Shown here piece after piece: positions 35,830 through 44,958 of a stretch of DNA of 64,000 nucleotides. A program made the translations under genes and the position numbers. Source of the stretch: an uncultured beta proteobacterium (GTDB lineage Bacteria > Pseudomonadota > Gammaproteobacteria > Burkholderiales > Thiobacillaceae); NCBI GenBank assembly GCA_942493085.1, contig OW818664.1, forward strand, positions 1,027,709 to 1,091,708. The letters are read 5' to 3'. Position 1 is the stretch's first letter. Each line of letters opens with the position of its first letter. Under the pieces are notes generated by a model. It saw only the letters and a list, made by a program, of their open reading frames with translations, was not told the origin of the DNA and searched no databases.

Positions 35830-36834
35830 TCATGATCGATTTAAATTGTTGAGTAGAATGCGTAGAAGCAGTTTTATGCTGCCTGGTTGAAAAGCCAGCT
35901 TTTGACTGGCTATCCAGGCTTTGAAGGCCGCTCTGGTATCACCTTGAAGCTGCAACTGGTAAGCCAAGTGGAACCAATGTTTCCCGGCCGATCGTTTGAA
36001 ATTCTGGCGCAATACCTGAGTGGCTGCATCTTTCGAAGACAGCATGGCGGCTAGACGTTCATGTATCTCGATATTAGAGAGCATCTGTTCCTTTTCACGT
36101 GCCGCACGAGATGAATAACCCTGGGCATCCGCACGTTGCCGGTAAAGAGGTGACTCGCACAATGCCACCTTGCCGTCGAGTGCGGCCCGCAGCGCCCAGT
36201 CGCAATCCCACAACAAGCAGAGTTCCTGGTACCCGCCAATACGCTGGAAAGCAGTTCGTCTGACCACGGGCCTCTGAAAGGCCATGGGCACTCGCTGCAA
36301 TAGAGCTGTGACCAACTGATGACCGAAGCCCAGCACGCCCGGGCCAAGGTACTTGCCATTGGCCTCGGCCAAGACCTTGTTCATGGCTTGTAGATAAGCC
36401 TGCTGACCGGATTGGGCATGCTTGCCAAACCAGTCCACAGCCATGAACAGTACGTCTATGTCCCTATGCCGTGCCAGCAGTGTAGTAGCGTGTTCCAGGT
36501 AGGTGGGTGCCCACAGGTCGTCATCGTCCAGGAATGTCATCAGTTCGCCTTGGGCTGCCTGGGCGCCTGTGCTTTTGGCAGCGGCACCGCCTCGTGTTTG
36601 CTCATGACGTAGTAACCGCAGGGGGACGCCATTGCAGCTCGCTGGCAGGCTGACTGGGGGAGCAGATGCGTCATCGACGATGATGATTTCGGCTGGTAGA
36701 AGCGTCTGATCCAGCACGCTGGATAAAGCTTCTTGCAGCAGCGCTGGACGATTGTGGCTGGGGATAATGACAGAAAACCCTGCCGTCGGCTGGTGCACAG
36801 CTGGCCATTCATTTACCACGAGGCATACTCTCAA
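35830..36834 (-). CDS. Glycosyltransferase family 2 (lower-GC cassette)
   Basis: FSVIIPSHNRPALLQEALSSVLDQTLLPAEIIIVDDAS and FLDDDDLW. Confidence 0.8.
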   Translation of the reverse strand: MRVCLVVNEWPAVHQPTAGFSVIIPSHNRPALLQEALSSVLDQTLLPAEIIIVDDASAPPVSLPASCNGVPLRLLRHEQTRGGAAAKSTGAQAAQGELMTFLDDDDLWAPTYLEHATTLLARHRDIDVLFMAVDWFGKHAQSGQQAYLQAMNKVLAEANGKYLGPGVLGFGHQLVTALLQRVPMAFQRPVVRRTAFQRIGGYQELCLLWDCDWALRAALDGKVALCESPLYRQRADAQGYSSRAAREKEQMLSNIEIHERLAAMLSSKDAATQVLRQNFKRSAGKHWFHLAYQLQLQGDTRAAFKAWIASQKLAFQPGSIKLLLRILLNNLNRS

Positions 36835-37804
36835 GGTTTTGGTTTCGCCATCTCGGCTTCAGGGCGGCGCCTAGGGCATACCATGCACGCATCGAGGTGG
36901 GCCGCAGTATCAATGCTGTGGCGGCTATTCTGCGCGCTTCAGCGTGGTCGCCCGTTTGCCGTACGGTCCAGGCGGCGATCACATATGATTCCCCGAGAAC
37001 CCATTCGAACAGGCGCTTCAAGTCCTTGCCTTGGCTGGCTTGTATGGCATCGCGAATAGCCATCAGGCCATTTAATTTGGCGCGTGCCATGTGCATTTCA
37101 TAATGTTGCTGTCTGGTGGCCTGCTGGTTGTGCCGCCGATAGCAAACAAGGGTGTCCGGACTGTAAATAAACGAACCTTGAGTGGCCAGACGTAGCCAAA
37201 GGGCGTAATCCTCATGACCGCGCATTAAGGGGGACTCGTCGAAGCCTCCTGTTTCATTGAAGGCACAGCGCCGCAACAGGACCAGCCCCGGAGTGACGAT
37301 ACAGGGGCCCAGTAGCAGAGCCCGGAGTATGTTCCCGGATGGTCGCGGGTGGGCCAGGGCCGCGCTTGACCCTAGTGGATGTCCTTGGACATCGATGGTG
37401 CGGTGATCGCAATAAACGGCCAAGGCTTCGGGGAAGCGGGCCAGCAGGTCGACCTGGCGGGCGATCTTGTCCGGATCCCACAGGTCGTCACTGTCGAGGA
37501 AAGCCAGCAATTCGCCGTGCGCTTCGCGAGCGCCGTGGTTGCGGGCAGCCGCCTGGCCGGCATTGGCTTGGTGCAAGACACGTATCCGGTTGCTATAGTT
37601 GTCCAGCAAGTGTGGCGTGGCGTCTGTGGAGCCGTCGTTCACGACAATGATTTCCAGATTTGGGTAGGACTGCGCCAGCACGCTGTCAAGGGTCTCACCC
37701 AGGAAGGTGACGGCGTTATAGGCGGGAATAATGACACTGACCAGAGGGGCGGAGACGGCGGGTGTCTGCATAGGCCGGGTGCGGGTTAGGTGCCCGACTC
37801 GCAA
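36809..37804 (-). CDS. Glycosyltransferase family 2 (lower-GC cassette)
   Basis: [40 protein letters not shown] and FLDSDDLW. The alternative start is ATG 37771. Confidence 0.85.
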   Translation of the reverse strand: MRVGHLTRTRPMQTPAVSAPLVSVIIPAYNAVTFLGETLDSVLAQSYPNLEIIVVNDGSTDATPHLLDNYSNRIRVLHQANAGQAAARNHGAREAHGELLAFLDSDDLWDPDKIARQVDLLARFPEALAVYCDHRTIDVQGHPLGSSAALAHPRPSGNILRALLLGPCIVTPGLVLLRRCAFNETGGFDESPLMRGHEDYALWLRLATQGSFIYSPDTLVCYRRHNQQATRQQHYEMHMARAKLNGLMAIRDAIQASQGKDLKRLFEWVLGESYVIAAWTVRQTGDHAEARRIAATALILRPTSMRAWYALGAALKPRWRNQNLESMPRGK

Positions 37805-38754
37805 AATCGTGAACGGAAGTAGTCGACAGTACGCATCAACCCATCATCCAGGCAGGTGTATGGCCGCCAGTCTAGAGCTTGCCCGGCCAAGGTGATATCC
37901 GGGCAGCGCTGGCGAGGATCATCCTGCGGTAAGGGGTGGAAGGCCAACTCGGATCCCATACTCACTTGGCGCAGTATGCTTTGCGCCAAGTCAAGCATGG
38001 TGAACTCAACTGGGTTGCCCAGATTGACCGGCCCGGTAAAGCCGTCGTCGGAGTTCATCAGACACACCAATCCTTCTACCAGATCGTCGACATAGCAGAA
38101 TGAGCGCGTTTGCCGACCATCGCCGTATATGGTGATGGGCTGCCCGTCCAGGGCCTGCATGATGAAATTGGATACGACTCGCCCGTCGTTGGGGTGCATG
38201 CGCGGGCCGTAGGTATTGAAGATGCGTGCTACCTTGATACGCAGGCCCATCTGGCGATGGTAGTCAAAGAATAGTGTTTCGGCACAGCGCTTGCCTTCGT
38301 CATAACAGGCGCGCGGTCCGATGGGGTTTACACGCCCCCAGTAGTCCTCCTTCTGGGGGTGCACTTCCGGGTCGCCATATACCTCGCTGGTGGATGCGAG
38401 CAGGATCTTTGCGCCCACACGCTTGGCCAGATCCAGCATGTTGATGGAGCCATGCACGCTAGTCTTGGTGGTCTGTACGGGGTCGTTCTGGTAGTGAACG
38501 GGGGAAGCTGGGCAAGCCAGGTTGTAGATCTCGTCCACCTCGACGTAAAGGGGGAAAGTAATGTCGTGGCGCAGCAGCTCGAAACGAGAGTTGCCAAGCA
38601 GATGGGCGACGTTATCCCGGGTTCCCGTGTAGAAGTTGTCTACGCAGAGAATGTCGTGGCCCTCAACCAGCAGCCGCTCGCAAAGGTGAGAGCCAACAAA
38701 GCCCGCGCCTCCGGTGATCAGGATGCGTTTGCGCGAATTGCAGCCTCTTTTCAT
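37786..38754 (-). CDS. uxs: UDP-glucuronate decarboxylase (UDP-xylose synthase)
   Basis: [42 protein letters not shown] (YxxxK), [10 protein letters not shown]. Strong overall resemblance to the UXS/ArnA-decarboxylase-type SDRs. Confidence 0.9.
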   Translation of the reverse strand: MKRGCNSRKRILITGGAGFVGSHLCERLLVEGHDILCVDNFYTGTRDNVAHLLGNSRFELLRHDITFPLYVEVDEIYNLACPASPVHYQNDPVQTTKTSVHGSINMLDLAKRVGAKILLASTSEVYGDPEVHPQKEDYWGRVNPIGPRACYDEGKRCAETLFFDYHRQMGLRIKVARIFNTYGPRMHPNDGRVVSNFIMQALDGQPITIYGDGRQTRSFCYVDDLVEGLVCLMNSDDGFTGPVNLGNPVEFTMLDLAQSILRQVSMGSELAFHPLPQDDPRQRCPDITLAGQALDWRPYTCLDDGLMRTVDYFRSRFCESGT

Positions 38755-39026
38755 TGCTTTTCCTCAGTTGAGTAATCGATTTCTATGAAGCATCTGTCAA
38801 GAACCGGTTTCATTGCCAGTTGCATATATTCGCCTCCAGGCATTGGGGCCGCAGCAACGCGTGGAAGGATTGTCGAAAGCGATGACATGCGAACGTCTGT
38901 ATGGCCGGTACCTGGCCATTTGCTGGGCCATTATTCCAATACGCTGGCCAGGCGTCTAGGAGGAGGATGGGTGGTGAGAGCAGTGTTTGTATTCATGTGC
39001 GATTTTTGTGATTGTTGTTAATGGTT

Positions 39027-39042
39027 AGCAAGAGGTGTGCCA
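39027..39042 (-). promoter_or_regulatory. Candidate sigma-54 (-24/-12) promoter reading toward the uxs cassette
   Basis: The minus strand reads CTGGCACACCTCTTGCT, i.e. TGGCAC-N5-TTGC with correct GG-to-GC spacing. It lies in the 352-bp spacer between the intact GT2 (stop at 39107) and uxs (ATG 38754). Confidence 0.45.
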
Positions 39043-39106
39043 GAAAACCCGCTAAGTAAGGGCCTTCGCGCAGGCGGCTATCAAGTCCGCATTATTTGCA
39101 AACCGC

Positions 39107-40075
39107 TCAACCCCCAATTCGAACGCTGCGGCGGCGTGTAATGCGGTCAACCAGATTTCGATAAAGCGCTGCGGGCAGCAGGCTGGCGACAAGGTGCTTG
39201 AGGTCAGCGGCCTTCCAGTCTGCCTTGCGAAATGCGCGGCGAAACAGACGGCGGGCTGACTCGGTGTCGTTGCGCCAGTGGCAGCGATAGGCTTCGTGTA
39301 GCAGAGGTGCGTAGATCAATTCGTTCAGGCGGATTGGGGTCAGGTGGTGGACGAATTCAGGCTGAGCGCGAGCGAAGTCCTGGCGTACGGCGACGGCATC
39401 GAACACCTGCCGCCAGTGCGGGATGTGGGCATTGCCGCGCGGATAACGGCGGTAAAACGCCAGCACTTCGGGCACGCGCACAAGTTTGGGCTGGTGCGCC
39501 AGCATGTTGAGCCAAAGGTCGAGGTCCATGGCGGTGGGCGCGCGCTCGGAAAATCCCCGCAATCCGTCGATGAGGGGGCGGCGGATCAGCACGCTGTTGA
39601 TCGGCCACGGGCTTGACGCCATGAAATGAACGATCGCCTCGCCGGGTTCAAAGGCGGGCAGAATTTTCGGATGCGGGTCGGTCGATGCGACGCCGAAGGT
39701 TTGCCAGCCGCAATAGGCCAGGTCGGCCTGTTCGGCTTCGAGCGCGTCGTGCATCAGGCGTAATGCGTCCGCGTGCCAGGTGTCGTCGGCGTCAAGAAAG
39801 GCGATGTAATTGCCTTTGGCGTGGGTGAGCGCCAAGTTGCGTGCGGCATAGGGGCCGGCGCGGTTCTGGTAGACGAGGGTGATGCGTTTGGGCTGCTTGG
39901 CAGCCAGACGTTGCAGGATTTCGGTCGAGCCGTCAATCGAGCCGTCGTCAACCAGAATGAGCTCAATATGCGGATAGCTTTGACCCAGCACGCTCTCGAT
40001 CGCTTCTTCGACAAAGGACGCGGCGTTGTAGCAGGGCATGACGACGGTAATCAGTTCAGGGTCAAAGTGGTCCAT
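39107..40075 (-). CDS. Glycosyltransferase family 2 (intact copy of the duplicated gene)
   Basis: ITVVMPCYNAASFVEEAIESVLGQSYPHIELILVDDGSIDGST and FLDADDTW. Confidence 0.85.
   Translation of the reverse strand: MDHFDPELITVVMPCYNAASFVEEAIESVLGQSYPHIELILVDDGSIDGSTEILQRLAAKQPKRITLVYQNRAGPYAARNLALTHAKGNYIAFLDADDTWHADALRLMHDALEAEQADLAYCGWQTFGVASTDPHPKILPAFEPGEAIVHFMASSPWPINSVLIRRPLIDGLRGFSERAPTAMDLDLWLNMLAHQPKLVRVPEVLAFYRRYPRGNAHIPHWRQVFDAVAVRQDFARAQPEFVHHLTPIRLNELIYAPLLHEAYRCHWRNDTESARRLFRRAFRKADWKAADLKHLVASLLPAALYRNLVDRITRRRSVRIGG
39147..40075 (-). repeat. Direct repeat copy B (intact GT2), paired with 34022..34551
   Basis: See the hand alignment under the pseudogene at 33988..34551. Confidence 0.9.
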
Positions 40076-40395
40076 TGGTCACATGCTATAAATTGATCCT
40101 TGGTAATACGTTGCAAGGAAAAGCCGCGAAGGCGGTTTCTGGAAATCCAATAATTTTTCGGGTGCCAGCATGCTGTGGAACCGCCGCGCTGGATTTTTTG
40201 GTTCCACGAGCGATCAAGCCTCTGCAATTGAGCGACCTATTTTGCGATGGCAGAAATCCGCTCGCTTAACTTTATACCGGACGTCACCCATTTGACGAAA
40301 TCCAGGCCCAGTTCAGGCTGGATCAATAACGGGCATGTCAATAGCGGGGCGGCATTGGTTACAATCAGCGCACACGACTACTTTCCGGCTTTCCC

Positions 40396-41475
40396 ATGCA
40401 AACCCTCAGCGTCGAACTCGGCGACCGCAGCTATCCTATCCATATCGGCTCTGGTTTGTTGAGCCAGACTGATCTGATCCTGCCGCACATGGCGCAAAAG
40501 CGTGCAGTGATCGTAACCAACACCACCGTGGCGCCGTTGTACCTCGATCGTCTGACAGTAACCCTTCAGTCTGCCGGCGTGGATGTCTTCCCGGTGGTGC
40601 TGCCGGACGGCGAAGCCTACAAAAACTGGGAAACGCTGAACCTTATTTTCGATGCACTACTGACCCAGCGCGCCGAACGCAAGACCACGCTGATCGCGCT
40701 GGGCGGCGGGGTGATCGGCGACATGACTGGATTTGCGGCGGCAAGCTATCAGCGTGGCGTGCCCTTTATCCAGATCCCCACCACGCTGTTGTCGCAGGTT
40801 GATTCGTCGGTGGGTGGCAAGACCGGGATCAATCACCCGCTCGGCAAGAACATGATCGGCGCGTTTTATCAGCCGCAGGTGGTGCTGGCCGATACCGACA
40901 CCCTGAAAACCCTGCCCGCCCGCGAACTGTCGGCGGGGCTGGCCGAGGTCATCAAGTACGGCCTGATCTGGGATGCCGATTTTCTCGCCTGGCTGGAAGC
41001 CAATATGGACAAGCTGCGCGCGCTCGATTCCACGGCAATTACCCACGCGATCTTCCGTTCGTGCGAAATCAAGGCACAAGTAGTGAGCGAGGATGAGCGA
41101 GAAGGCGGCATCCGCGCGATCCTCAATCTGGGTCACACCTTTGGTCATGCGATTGAAACCGGCATGGGCTACGGCAACTGGCTGCACGGCGAGGCGGTGG
41201 CGGCAGGTATGGCAATGGCGGCAGAAACCTCGCAGCGCCTGGGCTGGCTTACCGAGGCGGACGTGACGCGTACCCGCGCGCTGATCCGGGCGGCCGGGCT
41301 GCCCGATGTGGCACCCGATCTGGGCGTGGACACCTGGCTCGACTACATGGGCCATGACAAGAAAGTCGAGGGCGGGAAAATGCGTTTTGTTTTGCTGAAA
41401 AAACTGGGTGAAGCGGTGATCACGGCCGATGTACCGGCCGATGTGTTGACCCGCGTGTTGTCCGCGCCGTGTTGA
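40396..41475 (+). CDS. aroB: 3-dehydroquinate synthase
   Basis: [62 protein letters not shown] and [12 protein letters not shown]. Confidence 0.95.
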   Translation: MQTLSVELGDRSYPIHIGSGLLSQTDLILPHMAQKRAVIVTNTTVAPLYLDRLTVTLQSAGVDVFPVVLPDGEAYKNWETLNLIFDALLTQRAERKTTLIALGGGVIGDMTGFAAASYQRGVPFIQIPTTLLSQVDSSVGGKTGINHPLGKNMIGAFYQPQVVLADTDTLKTLPARELSAGLAEVIKYGLIWDADFLAWLEANMDKLRALDSTAITHAIFRSCEIKAQVVSEDEREGGIRAILNLGHTFGHAIETGMGYGNWLHGEAVAAGMAMAAETSQRLGWLTEADVTRTRALIRAAGLPDVAPDLGVDTWLDYMGHDKKVEGGKMRFVLLKKLGEAVITADVPADVLTRVLSAPC

Positions 41476-41482
41476 GGAAACG

Positions 41483-42613
41483 ATGATGGAAACCCTGGCC
41501 AACTATGCAGCGCATTCCGGCCAAAGCCGCGGGCGCATTCATGTCGAGCCGGCCGCGGCACCGCGTTCCGAGTTCCAGCGTGACCGCGATCGCATCATTC
41601 ATTCCACCGCCTTCCGCCGGCTGGAATACAAAACCCAGGTATTCGTGAACCACGAGGGTGATCTGTTCCGAACCCGTCTCACCCACAGCCTGGAAGTCGC
41701 ACAAATCGGCCGCACCATCGCGCGCCTGCTGCGCCTGAACGAAGACCTGGTCGAAGCCGTTGCGCTGGCGCACGACCTCGGCCACACACCGTTCGGCCAC
41801 GCCGGGCAGGATGCCTTGAACGCCTGCATGAAAGAGCACGGTGGCTTTGAACACAACCTGCAATCTCTGCGCGTGGTGGATGTGCTGGAAGAGCGCTACG
41901 CCGAGTTCGATGGTCTGAACCTGACCTTCGAGGCGCGCGAGGGCATACTCAAACACTGTGCGCAACTCAATGCCGAAAAGCTGGGCGCGGTAGGCGAGCG
42001 TTTCCTGCAAAAACAGCAGCCCTCGCTGGAAGCGCAGATCACCAACCTGGCCGACGAGATTGCCTACAATAATCACGATGTGGATGATGGCCTGCGTTCT
42101 GGTTTGATTGATCTGGAGCAACTGGCTGAAGTGCAGTTGTTTGCCCGTCACCTCGCTGAAGTACGCACCAAATATCCTGCATTAAATGGCCGTCGCGTGA
42201 TCACCGAAACCGTGCGCCGCATCATCAACACGCTGGTCCTCGATCTGGTGAACACCACGCAGGCCAACATCGAAAGCAGCGGTGTGCAGAGCCTGGCAGA
42301 GATTCGCGTTGCTGCTCCGCTGGCCGCATTCAGTCCTGAATTGCTGGACGAACACCGTGAACTGAAGCGCTTTCTGCATCGTCATTTGTATCGCCACTAC
42401 AAAGTGGCGCGCATGAGTGCCAAGGCGGGGCGCATCATCAGCGATCTGTACACCGCATTTGCGGGCGATGCGCGTTTGCTGCCGCCGGAGTATCAGGCAC
42501 GCGAATCGCTGGAAGGTGCACGCGCCGTGGCCGATTACATCGCCGGGATGACCGATCGCTATGCCATGCGTGAGCATCAGCGAATTTTTGCTGTGGAAGA
42601 AATCTACAGTTGA
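41483..42613 (+). CDS. Deoxyguanosinetriphosphate triphosphohydrolase-like protein (HD domain)
   Basis: [48 protein letters not shown]. Confidence 0.9.
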   Translation: MMETLANYAAHSGQSRGRIHVEPAAAPRSEFQRDRDRIIHSTAFRRLEYKTQVFVNHEGDLFRTRLTHSLEVAQIGRTIARLLRLNEDLVEAVALAHDLGHTPFGHAGQDALNACMKEHGGFEHNLQSLRVVDVLEERYAEFDGLNLTFEAREGILKHCAQLNAEKLGAVGERFLQKQQPSLEAQITNLADEIAYNNHDVDDGLRSGLIDLEQLAEVQLFARHLAEVRTKYPALNGRRVITETVRRIINTLVLDLVNTTQANIESSGVQSLAEIRVAAPLAAFSPELLDEHRELKRFLHRHLYRHYKVARMSAKAGRIISDLYTAFAGDARLLPPEYQARESLEGARAVADYIAGMTDRYAMREHQRIFAVEEIYS

Positions 42614-42660
42614 AGCGCGCCTGATTGGAGAGGCCCCCGGAGTGAGTCGCCCAGCGTTTG

Positions 42661-43314
42661 TTAAGCGGGTGTTCCCGCCAGCACAGGAAACAGCCCCTTG
42701 ATGCCGCTGGCGATAAATTCGATCGCAATCGCGGTCAGGATCAAGCCCATGATGCGGGTAAAAATATTGATCCCCGTGGAGCCAACATGGCTTTCGATCC
42801 ACGGCGACAAACGCAACACGCCCCACACCACCACACTTAACAGCACGATGCTCAGCGCGATGATCAGATAGTGCACAATGCTGTTGGCCTTGTGGGCTGC
42901 CAGAATCACGGTACTGATCGCACCGGGGCCGGCCAGCAACGGCATGGCAAGCGGTACGATGGCGACCGATTCCTTCTCGATCGATTCGTGCGCTTCTGAA
43001 TCGGTCTGTTTGATCAGGCTCGTTTTCGCATGCAGCATGGCGATGGCCATCAGCAGCACCAGGATGCCGCCACCCACCCGGAACGAGTCGATGGTAATGC
43101 CAAAGAACGTCAGCAGATGTTCACCAAAAAACAGCGCGACCAACAGGATGATCGTTACCCCAATTGCCACCAGGTCGATTGTCTTGCGACGTTGCCTGGC
43201 GTTCTCGTCGGCCGTCATGCTGATAAATAACGGTATTGCCCCGAATGGGTTGACGATGGCCAGCAGGCCGATGAATATTTTGAGGTATTGCGCATATTCA
43301 AGCATCGGGTTCAC
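42661..43314 (-). CDS. MarC-family (UPF0056) integral membrane protein
   Basis: IVNPFGAIPLF motif and 6 hydrophobic segments, 217 aa. Confidence 0.85.
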   Translation of the reverse strand: MNPMLEYAQYLKIFIGLLAIVNPFGAIPLFISMTADENARQRRKTIDLVAIGVTIILLVALFFGEHLLTFFGITIDSFRVGGGILVLLMAIAMLHAKTSLIKQTDSEAHESIEKESVAIVPLAMPLLAGPGAISTVILAAHKANSIVHYLIIALSIVLLSVVVWGVLRLSPWIESHVGSTGINIFTRIMGLILTAIAIEFIASGIKGLFPVLAGTPA

Positions 43315-43364
43315 TTTGCAAGGGGGCTGTCGGGGTGCGGCAGTCGGGCGATAGAACGGGATTT

Positions 43365-44132
43365 TCAGTTGCCTATTTCGGCGATTACCGGCGCGTGATC
43401 CGATGGCCGTTCCAGCTTGCGCATTTCACGGTCGACCGTGCTTGAGGTACAGGCGGTGGCCAACGCCCCGGACAGCAGGATATGGTCGATGCGCAGGCCA
43501 TGATTGCGGCGGAAGCCCATCATGCGGTAATCCCACCAGCTGAACGTTTTTTCGGGTTGTTCGAACAGACGGAAGCTGTCTTTCAGACCCAGTGCCAGCA
43601 AGCCTTGAAACCGTGCACGCTCGGGTTCCGATACCAGCACACAGTCTTTCCATATCTTGGGATCGTGAACATCCCGATCATCCGGTGCGATGTTGTAATC
43701 ACCGAGTACGGCCAGTTTGTCGTGTCGCGTGAGTTCGTCCCTGAGCCAGGCGGTAAGGGCATCGAACCAGGCAAGTTTGTAGGGGTACTTGTCGGAATCG
43801 AGCGCCTGGCCATTGGGGCAGTAGACGCAGACTACGCGCACGCCGTCGACGGTGGCGGCAATCATCCGCTTCTGCTCGTCTTCAAAACCGGGGATGCCGA
43901 ATTGAATATCAATCGGCTCGCTACGGCTGATGATGGCGACGCCGTTGTAGGTTTTTTGCCCGGTAAACGCAACGCGATACCCGGCTGCTTCGAGGTCGGC
44001 AATGGGGAAATTGTCGTCAGTGAGTTTGGTTTCCTGCAGGCACACCACGTCGGGTTGGCGGGTGGCGAGAAAGTCCAGTAATTGCGGCAAGCGGACTTTG
44101 AGGGAATTGACGTTCCAGGCGGCTATTTTCAT
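43365..44132 (-). CDS. xthA: Exodeoxyribonuclease III
   Basis: [32 protein letters not shown] and C-terminal RIDHILLS...PSDHAPV. Confidence 0.92.
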   Translation of the reverse strand: MKIAAWNVNSLKVRLPQLLDFLATRQPDVVCLQETKLTDDNFPIADLEAAGYRVAFTGQKTYNGVAIISRSEPIDIQFGIPGFEDEQKRMIAATVDGVRVVCVYCPNGQALDSDKYPYKLAWFDALTAWLRDELTRHDKLAVLGDYNIAPDDRDVHDPKIWKDCVLVSEPERARFQGLLALGLKDSFRLFEQPEKTFSWWDYRMMGFRRNHGLRIDHILLSGALATACTSSTVDREMRKLERPSDHAPVIAEIGN

Positions 44133-44249
44133 GCCGTCGAGTGTAGCGCATACGACTCCACACGTGCTTTAGCGCGTAGTGGATCGGAGACCCTCAAGGG
44201 GGTATTGAAAACAATCCTTTAGAGCCGCCCTGTCAGGCTGCGGTGCCGG

Positions 44250-44777
44250 TTATTTGGCGGCAGGGGCCACGGGTGGAGCGGCGGGCACTTCTGCCGTTGT
44301 AGCCACGGGTTTGGCTGATTTGGGATAGCCTGCCCGGTCGAGCGCGGCATGCCACTGGCCGGATTCGAATCCATCGATCTTTTCATTGCCGACAAAGAGC
44401 ACGGGCACACGCGCCTGGCCGGTGAGTTTTTTCAATTCGGCCTGTGCTTCGGGGCTCGCTTGTGGGTCTTTTCCGCTAAACGGCACGCCGCGCTCGGTGA
44501 GCAATTGCCGCGCCTGGTCGCAGGGCGCGCCACAGGCGGTGGAATACAGGGTGATTGGATATTTTTCACGCGCGGTGCGGGTGGCGTAGGACTCACCTGT
44601 TTCTATGAGGTTGCCCTTGAAGGATTTCTGCTCGGATTGCTTGATGCTGGGCGGCGGCGGGTGGTCGCTGTAAACCATGCGGCCCTGTGCATCTTTCCAT
44701 TGATATAACTGGGCAGCACCGAGGGAGGTGCTTGCTGCTGCCAACCAAACCGCCATCAAGATGAGTCCTGATTTCAT
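44250..44777 (-). CDS. Secreted DUF4124 + glutaredoxin-like protein
   Basis: Signal peptide; LYQWKDAQGRMVYSDHPP (DUF4124-like). Thioredoxin-fold part ITLYSTACGAPCDQARQLLTERGVPF...VPVLFVGNEKIDGF. Confidence 0.75.
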   Translation of the reverse strand: MKSGLILMAVWLAAASTSLGAAQLYQWKDAQGRMVYSDHPPPPSIKQSEQKSFKGNLIETGESYATRTAREKYPITLYSTACGAPCDQARQLLTERGVPFSGKDPQASPEAQAELKKLTGQARVPVLFVGNEKIDGFESGQWHAALDRAGYPKSAKPVATTAEVPAAPPVAPAAK

Positions 44778-44958
44778 GCTGTTACATCCTCAAAAGACAT
44801 ATTCATCGCACATATCGGTTCAATCAGGGCCAAGCTTTAGCGTGAAATTCGCAAAGCGAGCCTGCGTCCCGCTCTCCCTCTGGGAGAGCGCAAGGAGAGA
44901 AGGAAACGGGCATGGCTAAGTGCTGTTTCATTATCTGGGGCGGCCTTCGCCATGCATG

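Noticed and set aside
38785-39021. A 78-codon plus-strand ORF with a Cys-rich end (CDFCDCC) in the uxs upstream spacer.
   Set aside because: It has no Shine-Dalgarno sequence, runs opposite to all neighbours, and lies in an AT-rich promoter-like spacer that also holds the sigma-54 site. It is probably non-coding.
44870-44890. A 9-bp-stem hairpin CGCTCTCCC-TCT-GGGAGAGCG downstream of prlC, as a possible intrinsic terminator.
   Set aside because: No U-tract follows on the relevant (minus) strand and the loop is only 3 nt. It may still be a structural element, but I cannot support a terminator call.
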